Source: Carcharhinus longimanus (taxonomy: Eukaryota). Taken from it: a stretch of 64,000 nt of DNA. Made by a program: the position numbers and the translations under genes. A model generated the notes under the pieces. The model did no database searches. It had not been told where the DNA came from and worked only from the letters and a program-made list of their open reading frames with translations. The stretch is from contig JASCQW010000072.1 in assembly GCA_030264375.1 (NCBI GenBank), forward strand, positions 44,810,586-44,874,585, in the 5' to 3' direction. This document shows, piece by piece, positions 1 to 13,019 of the stretch (its first letter is position 1; each line of letters opens with the position of its first letter).

Positions 1-212
1 GCTAATGAGGCTGACTTGCTGGAGTATGAACTACCTGATGAGTCCTAATTGATGGTTAAATCAGGGAGCCTCATGCTTCCTATTTAAAGGAAGTGTGTCA
101 GACTCCCAGCCTGCATTCAATAGGGAGCAGCTGGAGAGCTGACTGTATATAGATGTATGGTGTAAATAAAGTAACTTGGTAGTGGGACTTTCACCTCTGT
201 GGAGTTATTACA
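1..212 (+). mobile_element. 3' part of a probable solo LTR, truncated by the window start
   Basis: TATTTAAA at about 81, AATAAA at about 165 and a TTATTACA terminus. The 3' end resembles 48718-48946. Confidence 0.45.
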
Positions 213-260
213 GGTTTCCAGCTGGCTATGGTATGAAAGAAAGCATCTTGAGGTACTTAC

Positions 261-402
261 TTCACAGGTTGCCACGTTTCTTGTTCGAAGCTTTTATGAA
301 TAGACTGAGCAATTGCCGATTCCATTAGGTCAATGTAGCGGACCACCAGAGGAACAAAGAATTCTTGCAAATGTTTGTGATATTTTCCATTGCACAATTG
401 AG
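261..402 (-). CDS. CADPS2: CADPS2-like exon (MHD1 region): (S)[46 protein letters not shown]
   Basis: Hand translation matches the CADPS-family motif CNGKFHKHLQ..PLVVRYVDLMESSIAQSIH. Acceptor cttctttcaaag, donor gtaagt, 142 nt. Phase-1 start joins exon 14101-14257 (T+CT = Ser). Not in the ORF track. Confidence 0.95.
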
Positions 403-686
403 CTTTGAAAGAAGAAGAAGCTACATTAACTACACTGCAGATATATAAACATTTTTAATACAAATGTATCATTTAGATGTATGGGAACAAGGTAAACAGT
501 TTAATGATACTTGAAATGGCAATCAGAGAAGCTGCTGGGGCATAAATTAGAACAAAACACTTTTCAGATAATAACATCCGACATATGTCTATATATTGCC
601 TGTGATTTATTGTGTCAAACTCATAGATCTATCCAATTTTATGAGCATTCGGCAAGGGGCCAAACAGAGAAACATTTCACAGCAGG

Positions 687-1085
687 TTTTTTTCTGTCTG
701 TTCACAAAGGATTTATTGTGGCTGATTTACTTTACAATCATATTCAAAATTTCTGGAACTGTTTCTTGGCTTCTGCGGCTATGGTGACCTTGAGGACACT
801 GAAACGCACAGTCTTACTGAGGGGACGGCACCCCGCCACGGTCACACTGTTCCCATTCTGTACATCCCTGAAGCAGGGCGGTAAGTGAACAGACATGTTC
901 TTGTGTTGTTTCTCAAAGCGGTTGTACTTCCTGATGTAGTGCAGGTAGACTCTGTGAATAACAATGGTCCTCTGCATCTTCATCTTAGTCACAACACCTG
1001 TTAGGATCCGGCCCCAGATTGACACACTGCCTGTGAATGGACACTTCGTGTCAATGTAGGTCCCATCAATGGCCTCGAGTGGAGT
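687..1085 (-). pseudogene. RPS11: Processed retrocopy of 40S ribosomal protein S11 (uS17); 5' part lost in the gap
   Basis: Continuous frame 1085->744 reads [42 protein letters not shown]...[15 protein letters not shown]...KKQFQKF*. No introns. AATAAA at 717-712 and A7 remnant at 693-687. Substitutions at normally conserved residues. Confidence 0.92.
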
Positions 1086-1185
1086 NNNNNNNNNNNNNNN
1101 NNNNNNNNNNNNNNNNNNNNNNNNNNNNNNNNNNNNNNNNNNNNNNNNNNNNNNNNNNNNNNNNNNNNNNNNNNNNNNNNNNNNN

Positions 1186-1240
1186 ATTGTCTTTTGGCAT
1201 TTTTGATGGATCTCTTTAGATCGTATCTTAGATCATAGCT
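1186..1240 (-). mobile_element. Short LINE ORF fragment (Rex1/Babar-like)
   Basis: Translation YDLRYDLKRSIKNAKRQ resembles the linker region of fish non-LTR retrotransposon proteins. Abuts a gap. Confidence 0.45.
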
Positions 1241-1904
1241 GAAACGCTCCAGCCCAGGCAACAGAGAAACACCGATTGACATCTTTGTTTCTCTGATCTC
1301 TTTGTCAATTTTGTGTATTTATGTATACAAGATAAAGTGGACATAGCTTCAATGAAGGTCCATAGGGAGTTGATGGGGTTGCGGGGGGTGGTGGCATGAG
1401 TGGATGAGGGCTGCAAGTCCTTTCCAGTTTTAGTTTAATTACGTGCACCTCCCACAGCACCAAGATGTGCTTTTTAAACAGCTTGCTTTGACTCCTGCAA
1501 ACCCTAGGGCTGCCTTCAATTTTTTCCCTGTGTCAGCTGGTCCAACTGCAGCTCAGACTCATCCCCGTGTTCCCCACTGCAACATCTCGTGTTGAAGCTC
1601 ACACACTTAACAGCATTTTCCTAACTCCTGCTGCCCACCTTGAGGATCAATATCTATTGAAATTTCTTTTCCATTTCTGGCAATTCTGAGTTATATGTCG
1701 AAAATCAAATTTATTTTGCGTTTGTAAACCAAACAACACAATCATTTATTGTAAGGGGAACAATGTGCTGTTTAAACTAGAAAAATTCTGTTAGAATAAA
1801 GTATTCGAAGATGATCACCAGGAATTCTTTCAAACTGAAGGAGTGTTTGCAACAAATTGAGTGACCTGGAGTTTAACCCTGACTATCTTTCTTTCTATCT
1901 GCAG

Positions 1905-2045
1905 CTGATAATATTAAAGCAAAAAGATAAATCAGAGGGAATCTTCAGGCAGTTCCTGGTGGAAGACAAAGGCTTGCATGGAGGAGCTTCTTATGTGGAT
2001 TTCCTCTGCCATGTACACAAAGAGATCCGCCAACTCCTCACCTAA
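1905..2045 (+). CDS. Terminal coding exon of a SEC24C/SEC24D-family COPII cargo adaptor: [46 protein letters not shown]
   Basis: Matches the SEC24C/D C-terminus [22 protein letters not shown]. Branch-like ccctgac, pyrimidine tract and cag at 1902-1904, phase 0, TAA at 2043-2045. Paralog not resolved by eye. Confidence 0.92.
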   Translation: MIILKQKDKSEGIFRQFLVEDKGLHGGASYVDFLCHVHKEIRQLLT

Positions 2046-3730
2046 AGCCCTCAGTCCATTGCAAGAATATCTTTTTATTCAACCTCGCAGGAAAAAGGGA
2101 CAGTGGAAACTACATCGTTTAAAATTTATACCATTGTATTTTCTTCATGACTTTTGTTGTCAGGTCTTAACTTTTCTTAAGGAAAAACCTGTTTTGAACA
2201 TGCCAGCAACCTAGTATTTACTATTTTATAACAAATCAATTGTCAGAATCAAAATTCATTATAAAAACGTTGTTAATGTTAATACATATATATGATATAA
2301 ATGCACACATGTACAATTGACGGTATCAGTACTCTCATCTATGTATGTAGTTATGCTTTGGTTGATTTAAAACTGACTTCTTCATTGCATTGTCAGAACA
2401 TTGGCAGTAACAAACCACTAAGTTTGCCACATGGTGTTCAATCTGTCAGGTAATTTTTGTTTTAAACAATCCACCCTGTAGCTGAGTGTTTTGCTCTGAT
2501 CAGCTGGATGTTCGGGGAAGAGAAAGAGGAGCAGTTTGGTAATTTGCACACCAAAGCAAAACTACAGTGAAATGGAACAGTGTCATCCAAAGTTTTTATA
2601 TGATGCCAGTTGCTAGCAGTGGTTGCAGATGTTCTTCATGATGTATGAAATGTGCAATTGCAAGGTGGTGAAGTTAAGGGCAACTAAAGGAAACTAACCT
2701 AGAACTGAGCATTAACTGCAAGTCTTAATTTCAGGTGGGTTATTTTTGAAAATAATGGGTCAAATCCATGACCCCTCTAGTGATTCCTACAAGCGATTAA
2801 GAAATAATTAAGTTGTACTGTTCTAGTCATTGATCCTAATATCAAATTCCCTGAAGTTGTTGCTACAATAGAACATTAATAGGATAGAGTACCGAAAAAC
2901 CTTGTCAAGTCAGGGTATGCACACTTTTTCTATTATGTATCATCTGCTAAAATGATTTTCTGTATTTTTTTAATACTACGTTTTTCCAAGTAGAGTTAGA
3001 ACAATATGCAAAGCTATAGCCTATTCCTTTCTTTCATATTATTGAGTAATTCAACTAAAATGATCCTTTTTTTTGTGCAAAGGCCAAAAGTCTTAGCCTT
3101 CTTCTCCTTGTGCATTTTTCTCTTTACAGGTTCCTTATGCTGCATTTCTTAAGCATCGATAATGCAGAGTATGTTGAGTTTGCTTCACAGCATTGTGTGC
3201 TGTTGTTATTCACAGTCACACTTGTTTTATACAATGTATTTCCATTCCTAATTGTCATTGCTGCTTTTCTTACGGGACAACACTATCTTGTCATGTCGCA
3301 CAGTGTTTGACCTTTCCTAAGCACAGTATTAAGTGATAAGAAACAACATTCCAAACAACCTCTCATCAAAGTATAAAATTAGCATTTGTTATGACAACAT
3401 CATCTGCTTGCAGGGATGATAGTACTGCTACTGTCAAAGTATAATCAAAGGGACATTGACCACCACCACCACAACCCCCCTGCCCCCCCAGTGTTGATGG
3501 TGGGGTTTGTGGTGAAAAGCAATTAGCTTAGAACTAATCATTAGCAAGAAATGTGTCATGAGGGCTCAACTGAAAGAATTTGAAAGAAAGAGTGAAAGGA
3601 ATGGTCATGATCCTACCACTAGCTTTCGGTTTGTGTTCTCTGGTACTGACTCAGTGGAATATGTGGGGTCAGCAGGAAGGAACCTAATCTATGTGGGACT
3701 AGCAGGTACCTAATAATTACTTAATAAAGG
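2046..3730 (+). other. Probable 3' UTR of the SEC24-like gene
   Basis: AT-rich stretch with no recognisable repeats after the stop codon. An AATAAA lies at 3723-3728. The true end is unknown. Confidence 0.4.
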
Positions 3731-4384
3731 CATATCTCTATCCCAATGCAGAAAAAAGGTCTAGTACCTGCCTACTTGGCTGTTTGCTTAAAATCTGATT
3801 GCATGCCACATTTGTTTGGATGCATATTGTGGCCAGTCTTGATCTAATTTTGGGATGGTGCTTGAAACAGGTCTGATTGTTTAGGCAGTAGATTCGCCGC
3901 CTATTTCAAGTTAACACCCTGAATCACTACATTGCACCTTAGCAAATGTGATATGCTGTGCATGGTAATATGAAATGGAAGCAAATGGCATGCACGTATT
4001 GGATGCTTCAGCTCCCATTTGTCACCCAAAACCAATACTGTTTGATCCAATTTCAAGGCTTTTGTCTCATATTCCAGCTTATTTTCTTTTCTCTATACAC
4101 ATCGCAGCATCAGGATTTTCAGTCGGCTTGACTACCTTCTACATGCACATTTTGCAGTACTGTGTGTAGAATGTGTCACACCATAGATGTGTGCGGCCCC
4201 TCAGAGCTAGTGGCAGTCACATTTGCTGCTTTCCTCTGCAAGAGGAGAAAGGAGTCTTTTCATTTGCTTTATCCCTATTGTTTTTTGTGCTCTTGTTGAT
4301 ATTTCAATACACTTTTTTTCAATCCTGGATCACTCAGAGCATAGATATTTCCCACCCCCATATTATTTATCCATTTACTCAGTC

Positions 4385-4452
4385 TTATTGAATGGCGGGG
4401 CGGGCTCGAAGGGCTAGATGGCCTACTCCTGCTCCTATTTCTTATGTTCTTA
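4385..4452 (+). mobile_element. CR1-type LINE extreme 3' end
   Basis: Near-identical to the 3' tail of the CR1 copy at 42378-42445 (ttattgaatggcgggg...cctatttcttatgttctt). Confidence 0.75.
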
Positions 4453-4579
4453 TTGTTTCTGTCAATTTATTTCCTCCTGAGAATGGGTTTGAAGATTTTA
4501 AAAATGGCCACAATTCATTCTAACGGGTGAGAATTTTTTGCTTTGAGTCCTAGTATTAACTTCAGCAGATTACAAATGG

Positions 4580-5330
4580 AGCCATTTTCTTGCATTCAGT
4601 TTTGGGCACCAAACCACAAGAAAGATTTATTGGTCATGAAAAGGATGCAGCTTGGATTTATCAGATGTTACTGCAACTTGAATTTTGAGAACAGGTAGCA
4701 TAATATTGTCTTGGATTCCCTTGAGTCTAGAAGATTGAAGGATGATCTCATCAAGATATTTAAAATGATGAAAAGATTTGATAGGGTAGATTTAGAGGAA
4801 CTATTTCCCCTGGTAGACGGGTGTCACACTGGTTAGCACCACTGCCTCACACCACCAGGGACCCGAGTTTGATTCTGACCTGGGGGTCTCTCTGTGCGGA
4901 GTTTGCATGTTTTCTCTAGTGTCTGCATGGGTTTCCTCTGGGTGCTCTAGTTTCCACCCACAATCCAAAGATGAGGTGGGTTGGCCATGCTATACTGCCC
5001 CTTCATTTGTCTGTGTGTGTGTGTTTGTGTGCAAATGTGGCTATGTTTGACGTGGTGTAAAGCCCTGCAAGCTATAAATCCCTGGCAACAGACTAGTGAT
5101 CTATTCCAGGAATATTAGCTGGAAAAAAAGAGACAGAAGTTTGACCTATGCTAATGTGAAAAATTGACAGACAGTTCCTCTGGTGGAGCAATCTAGAACA
5201 GGGAGAAAAAGTTTAAGACATGAAAGCCAGGCCACTTGGAAGTGAGATCGGAAAGCAATTTTTCACCAAAAAGGTAATGGAATTCTGGACAGGTGGATAC
5301 TGATAAAAGGTTAGATCAAGATTTGTCAGG
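4580..5330 (+). mobile_element. Degenerate CR1 LINE 3' fragment interrupted by a SINE
   Basis: CR1 ORF2 C-terminal-like sequence. ttcccctggt and ttcctctggt flank the insertion like a degraded target-site duplication. Confidence 0.6.
4818..5005 (+). mobile_element. HE1/V-SINE-type tRNA-derived SINE
   Basis: A-box-like tggttagcac, B-box-like gtttgattc and core gtgcggagtttgcatg...ggtttcctc, shared with six other copies in the window. Confidence 0.8.
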
Positions 5331-7117
5331 TCTTGATAATTAAAATAATAAGAATTGGCATGATCTTAATGATACAACATCAAATGGATTAATACACAAT
5401 GACAAGTTTAACATTACATTTATAAGGCCATTTTTCATAGTCACCACAATCAGCTTTTTACCATTATAAAACTGTCAATCATATTGTCCTTACCGACATC
5501 TTCATTAAGTTACTCAAGACCTTGTATTCATGATCGTAAGAAGTTTGGGTAAAAAAAAGGCCGACTTAGCTGCAGACGTGATGGTGTGGTTGTGAAGGTT
5601 AGAGTTATGTGGCTACACAAAAGATAACACGTACAGTCCCCAAACCTCCTCAGGTGTTACTTTTCATTTCTCAGCACACTGGCTGTAAAAGCACACCACC
5701 TCATTGTTACAAAAACAAGGCTGTTTCTGCAAAAGCACACTGTATGTGCCTTGTGTGTTTCAGCGAGCATTACTGTCATTACTGTTGCCATTGCCACCCA
5801 CTGAGACACGATGACTGCTGCACTACCTTCACAGTTGCTCTAACTAGTTATCACATCCCTCAAGACCGGGCAAAACAAGATCTTGTGTAGAGTAGGCACA
5901 CTTTATTTTCCACACAGATGTTACTTGCGCTGTGTGAAGGCAGATGAGGAGTCCATTTCCAATCTGCTCTGACTGAATTAAACACCTTGGTTTCAGTCAG
6001 CCCTTCGGTTTCCCTGGCAGCGTATTAGGGCAAAGTGTGCAGCTGAATCCTATCAAGTTGACAATTAACCAGCTAGAGGCTTTGTGCAGTGTTGTCTATA
6101 GGTGTTTGTGCTGACTGATCACTATGCTCCATTTTGGTGCAATAACCCCTTGCACTGCTACTCATGGGATCAGGGAGTTGATCTCTGTTTGCACGCTGGG
6201 TTTAAAGCAACTTCCAGGATTTCCAAAACTAACACCAATAACAGACCTACCTCCTTGTGGGGTTACAGGACTTCTGCAGCTGGTTACATTTCTATGACCC
6301 AAATGCATTGATAGACTATCTGTACATCTATCTTTTTAGCAATGATGTTTGACAATATATAAAATGTGAACTCTGTGTCATTTTATATGTCATCCTTCCA
6401 CAGTTAGATAAAATGCCAATATTTTGTGACTATATATGCACCATGACTCATGCAGAAGGTATTACATCTTTTAAAAAACAGGACTTTAAAAACAGAATCT
6501 CAGACTGGAATTAGGGGTTTTTATATTGTCTTCTCAAGTAGCAACTACTAAACTCAAAAATCTTTGTCTTCACTGCCAAGTCTCTTCAGGAATTCATTGG
6601 AAATTAATCCATTACTCTCTTCCATTCCAGCCCTCACTGTCTGTCAGTAATAGGATTCCTGTGCCATTCGACTCCTTGCCATTATTTGCCACATCATTAT
6701 CGGTGATTGAGCCTTTAGGTCTCTTGGTCTGACTTCTTGATACCTGTTCCTCAAAACTTTCCACATTTCCACTCTCTCCCTTCCTTGAAAAGCATTCAGC
6801 AGGCCTCTTTCTGAAACCTTGCCTTTGATCACCTCTCGTGGTTTTGTTATTAACACTGACACCTGTTTCTCCTCAGATGCACATGCCCATTTGGAAACCT
6901 TCTTGCCAAGTATTTCACTCAACAGATGTCCCTCACTTTCAACAGGGCCCTTCTGTGTATCATGTCTCTTCCGTGGTCTCCAATTCCCTTTATTAAAGCA
7001 AGTGCTGTGTTCTGATCCACATATTGTCGGGGGCAATAAAATCAAGAGTGTGTGCAATCTTCCATTGCCATGATAACAACCATTTTCGTCACTCATGTAC
7101 CAGTACTGCCTCTAAAA

Positions 7118-7344
7118 TCAGCTAATCACACCTTTGGATGCACCATACCAGTGTGCCGAGGAAGTCCACATTTGTAAATTAACAATTGCATCCAATTACA
7201 TTCCCAGATCTTTGAAATTGTGATGCAAAGAAGTCAGCTACTCTCACCTTTGGTAGCACCACACCGATATGCTTAGAAAGTCCACATTTGTAAATTAATA
7301 ATTGCATCCAATTACATTCCCAAATCTTTGACATTGTGACGCAA
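7118..7344. repeat. Diverged two-copy tandem duplication, period about 116 bp
   Basis: tcagcta..cacctttgg..aagtccacatttgtaaattaa.aattgcatccaattacattccca.atctttga.attgtga.gcaa starts at 7118 and again at 7234. Confidence 0.9.
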
Positions 7345-10300
7345 TCTAAAAAATTATGGGCTAGAATCGCAGCCAATTCACACTGCGATGGTATAAGGTT
7401 TTAGCATGTCACACAGATGGACTTACAATTAGTGATTTAATCTTGTTTATCATTCAGCACTCCTCCAGATCCAAGATGTGTGAATATATTGGATCACATG
7501 CAGAAGCATCCAATCTTGCAAACGGCGCTGCCAACATTTTCCATCAGTTACAATGATTTAATCTTTGCTGAAAAGCTTTGCTGATATAGCAGGCCTGCTC
7601 TCCGGGATTTCCCATCCATTACGAATTAATAGATGGAAAACCTTACAGAGCATACCTGTGATTTCTTTATATGCATTCCCAGCTGGCAAGGCAACGACAT
7701 GGAATCATTAAATGGGCTTCATTATATTGCGCTAAAACTTATTTAAAAAATTGAGGCTGAAATAAACCATAACATCTTATCGGTTTATTAAATAAAAGAA
7801 ACTTTATGGAGATCAATTAGAACCACATCCTTCACAACTGTGTTTATTTGCACAATGGAAGGCAATAATATAAGGTGTATTAATGTAATACAGGTAAGTA
7901 AATAGAGACAAAGGTACCCATTAATATATTAGGCATTATTAGATGTACTGTGGAAGTATTTTCAAAGGCTGTAATAACCATTAGCACAAGGGTAGAATCT
8001 GTAATATATTTTCTAGTGTATGAAGACCAAGAACAGAATAGTTAGATACAAGGAGGTAGAGATGAAAGTAATCTTAGCAAATAATGAACCAAGCTAATAT
8101 TGCAGTATCCTTCTAATTCTGGTTCATGGTGCTGAACTTTTCCCTCCTAACCCTGATCAAACATGTGGCAGGAGGACCAAATGATAAACAAACAGGACCA
8201 CCATTTTGTAATTAATAGGTGGCTCCCACCACCTGTTATTTTTCCTGGGTCCGGGAACATGGCAGGTCGTGGCTTGCAGCTCAGGGAAAGTAATTTCAGT
8301 TTTGCTATTTAAATGCCTGCTCCATATACAATTTTCCTTTGGGTGCTATTTTTATAGAGGCGATTTGTTCCTGAAGGCTATGGGAAGTACACCAAATCAG
8401 TCAGTTTGTGAAACCTGGGGATAGATGTTGTGGAGTTGGGAAACTTTGGATAGGTAAGTTTAAAAGCTCTTGCTAATTTCAACTGTCATAATTAGAACAA
8501 GCTAAAGATGTTATTAATGCAATGATTGGTCATTGAGATCAAGCCTTAAAAGGTAAGACCATTAAATTGTTTAAGACTTTGGATTCATCAGAACACTTCA
8601 CCCAGTTGATAAAGTCTTCTTCTGCATTCAATAGAATGAAGATTCAGATATGAATACACTTGATTTGATTTTCCCATTGATTTAACGTCCTGACATCTGC
8701 TGAGCCTCTGAAGTACTCTTCCAGTATCTGCTAGGTACAGAATCAGGCAAGCATTTGAAATATTCATCAAATAGGAAAAATGAACAGCCCTTTGAATTAC
8801 CCACTGAAAGCATTTGCCTTTCAAAACTCATAAAACTATCAAACACAGGCATTCACGCCATTGATAAAAAACTTTTAATCCAGTTAACATTTTCCAATCC
8901 TGTTCACATAAACAAATAGACATTGGAAAACCACTTCAAAGATCAATAAACTTATAACAGGCTCATAAAACTAACAAAGCTTTCAGTCCCCTTCATCGGT
9001 ATGAAAAAAACACCCTTCCCCACCAGAGCTGAGTCTTGGGGCTCAGCCAAGCATTCATAATGAGATGATCAGTATTTAATATTGGGCCTTAAGTTAAAAA
9101 CTTGCTTTTAGTAATCAACAAGTTGCTGGAAGGAAACATAAAACCGCCGACTACTTTGACTTTGCTTGAACATGTGCTTATCCTCTGCTTCTCAGAATAT
9201 ACATGGTTTCATTTTGTAGTAGGATCATTTTAATGTTTCTTCTGTGTTGACAAATTTCCAATTTAGTAGAACTGCCCAACTGACATGACTCAAACTCTCT
9301 GCCATCATTACAAATTTAGTAATATGGTGGTCNNNNNNNNNNNNNNNNNNNNNNNNNNNNNNNNNNNNNNNNNNNNNNNNNNNNNNNNNNNNNNNNNNNN
9401 NNNNNNNNNNNNNNNNNNNNNNNNNNNNNNNNTATGGTGGTCATTATGAAGGTCAATCCTGCATCAGGGTTATTGTGACCAAGTATATTTGATTATGCCC
9501 AATTCTTTCACAACACATTGCATTAGGAAAAAAATCATTTATTATATTCATAAACCTTTCAGTTACCCTGTCCACTATCGACTTGATCAACAAAATTTAT
9601 TATAGCCCATAATCAGGTATAACTAGCACAAATGAGATTCTTTAACTTTGACATCTTTAATTCGTAAATGTTTCTACTTCTTAGGTAGTCCCTGAGAATG
9701 ACTTGCTTCCATTCCAGTTTGATAGATTCTGATGGGTGATAAGTCCAATGCACAATCTCCAGATTCTGCCGAATGTAGGGTAGGCACAGATTGAAGCATT
9801 GGAAAGCTGAATTGCTTGGCAGTTTGTGGACTCTTTCTGAAAGCAAACAACTTCCTGGTCTCAAATCCAACCCAAAGCCTGATTTCGACTTTCCAAGTTA
9901 GGAGTTGTCCGCCCATGACAGGTTCAAGATGACCATGGATTCTGCTTGGCCAATACCCATAGATGGGCAATAATGCCAGCCCCTTACATGTCTGTGGGAG
10001 AGAGCAAACTATGCACCACATCATAGAAAAGTATCCAACCCACAGACTCAGTAGATGACCATCTGTACTCACACAGCAGGACTGGACTCACTCAATAAAT
10101 AAATATTCTGAAACTCAATTCCTCTTCTCCATGTTCTTAATAAAGTCTCACTATGGGCCTCAGATTAGCAAACAACATCAGATTACCATTCAGTAGCCAA
10201 ATTTCTTCAGTGCCTGTCTTGCCCAATTTTCCTGACTCAGACTGGATGAGATCTAGGCAGCACAGTAGTCCCTGGATTCAGAATTCAAAGGAATCATAGT

Positions 10301-13019
10301 GAGAGAGAGGATATGCCCCCTGTTTTACAGCAACTGAGTTCCAAGTAGAGCAGCTGCTTTGGGAGTCAGGCGGACTGATGACATATTCCACCTAGCAGAG
10401 CTGGCTCTGAGCGATTTACAGTCATTTACGGTGCCAGGCACGTTGGCCTGGGAGAGGGTGCAGCCGTTGGACTTTTTCTATGGCTACTGGATTTGGAAAC
10501 TTTGCCAAGGTATCACTATTTCTACTGATGTTCTTGTTTTCTCCAGTGGTGTCTCTGCTCACTCTATTAGAGTCACTGCTCTTTCTGAAGGCCTCATATT
10601 CTCTATCGGTGCCCCTGATTTTCCTATGGCTATCCTCCTTCTCTTGCTCTTAGACTCTTATGCTCTTTCCACTGATGTCCTCACCCTCTCAAATTATGTT
10701 TGCTCTTTCTCCTGACATGATTGCTCTATCAGTACCTCCGCTCTTTCCATTGAAGTCCTCCGTCTCCTTAGTGCTGTCACTTCTCACTCTACTAGTTTTC
10801 TCTTTCTATCTCTTTATTGGTGACTCTGTCTTCCTATTGATACACTGCTGTACTGTTGATCCTGTTCTTTGTACTACTACTGAGAACTCCACATTTTCCA
10901 TTGGTCTCTTTGTTCATTCTACTGGTTTTCTTGTTTGTTCAATCAGTGTACATGCTCATTTAAATGATCATACAATCTCTACAGTACAAAACAGGCCATT
11001 CAGCCTCTGTACCTCGGATAGCTTTATACTTTCTATTTCAGGCTAATTTTCTTATTTACAAAAGCAATTAAGGTGCAGAATCGAAAATAAATAGCATTGG
11101 CTTTTGAGTAAATAAGTGGAATATATATCTTACTCATATATAATCAGTAACTGTCATAGAGAATTGAATTGGACTGGTTTACTTAATGACAGAGTTATCA
11201 TTTGTCATTCCATAATTCTGAAACGTGGCTGAATAATAATTGTCATCATAAAATCCATACAGTGAATTATTTTTACTGCCCATTTTAATTGCTTTGTGAT
11301 ACTGTGAAAATCAAATGGAATATGCGGCATTTACTTCTAATTCTTCTGTACATAGAATTCATATAACACAGACATAGCATCAGGAAAATGTGCTTTCACA
11401 TAGATAGTTAACAGTATTCAATAGGAGACTTCAGAGCAATAAAATGAAGGAGAAAGGTCACAAATTAATTTTAAAATGTAACAGTATATATGGCTATCAG
11501 ATACTGATTAGCACGATGTGAATAGCCAAAGACAGCATTATATTATTACTCTATAACCTGTCATGACAAATAGATTCAATAATTTACCTTAATGAATGCC
11601 TGCTCAGACTGACTTTGAAATCATTAGCAGATTATTTCTTTCACGCTGTCTGCATAGGCGTTATCAAATTCCTTCTATATTCTACTGTCCTAATTTAAAC
11701 ATTAGTCCTAAAAGTTCATTCTTAGACCCCACCAGAGAGACAAGCACTGGTAAAATACCTCAAATCAAAACCATGATGTTAAGTATGCAGGATTGTTCTA
11801 TATCCACAGTTTGAGGAATCCCCTACATGCAGTTTTCTGATCGAGAAATTTGAGCTGAATCAAGTTGAAAAAATACAATCTTTTTAATGGAGTCAATACA
11901 AAGGTAATCCACTGGGACCCTCACCTTTTTAGTTTCATAATGAGATTCTGATAGTGAGAGATGAGTTTCTCAGACACTCTGGGTTCTATTATGGCTAATA
12001 CGATTCCACTTCACTGTCCCTGCTAATTATTAACACTAGTCTTTTTATTGTCCTGAGACTACAAGACATCATTCGATTACTCATTTTCTTAAAGAGACGT
12101 ATATTTCAATGGAGATCTAAGAATATTGACTCTAAAATGCTTAATAAAAAGGTTACCACCTGTTCTCGTAATTCTATCTTCAAGCTTTAAAGTGATATAA
12201 ACAATTCCCCTAATTCGATAATGAGTCTTGTGAGACACACATGGAGTCAACCTTTGTCCAGAATGACCATTAGGTGCTTCCACAGTTAGTATGGTGAAGC
12301 AGTTGGAAGGATAGTTATCTAAATCCCTTCCCAACATACTTTTTAATCTTCATTGAAAACATTAGACAGTCATTCACAATTGTTCAGCATTACCTTTTAT
12401 GGTCTAATTCCATAATGATTGATTTTTGAGAATATTTGGGTCACTTGCGGATCTTACTCAGCAGTGTTGATTTTGACATTTTCAGACAAAGGTGAAAATG
12501 GGTCAAGAGGTTTCACATTTATAATTGTCTCAAATGTCCATCTGTTTTTTGCTAAAGAGGTGTACCACAGAAGAGAGCATTTTTCTGACTCCTGCTGTTC
12601 CTAATTCCCCATTTCTCTGGGAGGAATGGAAATGCAAAATTATCCTGTTCATTGTCTGATATCTCTCAGGTTACAGTTATGCTGCCGTGATGAAACAATC
12701 TCAATTAAGTTGCATTCATGCCCATATATTCACTTCTCAGTGCATACCTGGCCTCATTTTGAGAGCTTGGACAACATTTGTGCATAAAACATTGGTTCTC
12801 TAATGCCAAAAGTAAGTAGAATCAACAATAGATTCATAAAGACAACACAGAAATGACAAACAAGACAAAAAAAATAAGAATTTATGCAATTCTTGCTTTT
12901 AAAAATTCCAAATATTAGATAAGCAGCACTGTTCACTTGTTGACTGAGAAGTGTGCATGAAATGTCTTTAGCAGAATGCAAGTTGGTGAGAGAATAGTGA
13001 GTGCGATGGTGGAGCTCAG

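Noticed and set aside
511-888. 125-aa plus-strand ORF
   Set aside because: Largely the antisense shadow of the RPS11 retrocopy. No recognisable protein.
1857-1904. N-terminal part of ORF 1857-2045
   Set aside because: Intronic branch point and pyrimidine tract. SEC24 similarity starts only after the AG at 1903-1904.
6644-7096. 150-aa minus-strand ORF
   Set aside because: No recognisable domain or exon structure. Probably decayed repeat or chance.
9323-9442. tatggtggtc repeated on both sides of a 100-N gap
   Set aside because: Probable contig overlap left unmerged by the scaffolder.
12089-12337. ORF containing LTVEA, resembling the CADPS C-terminal LTVEEA
   Set aside because: Surrounding residues do not match and the exon order would be wrong, since the true next exon is at 261-402.
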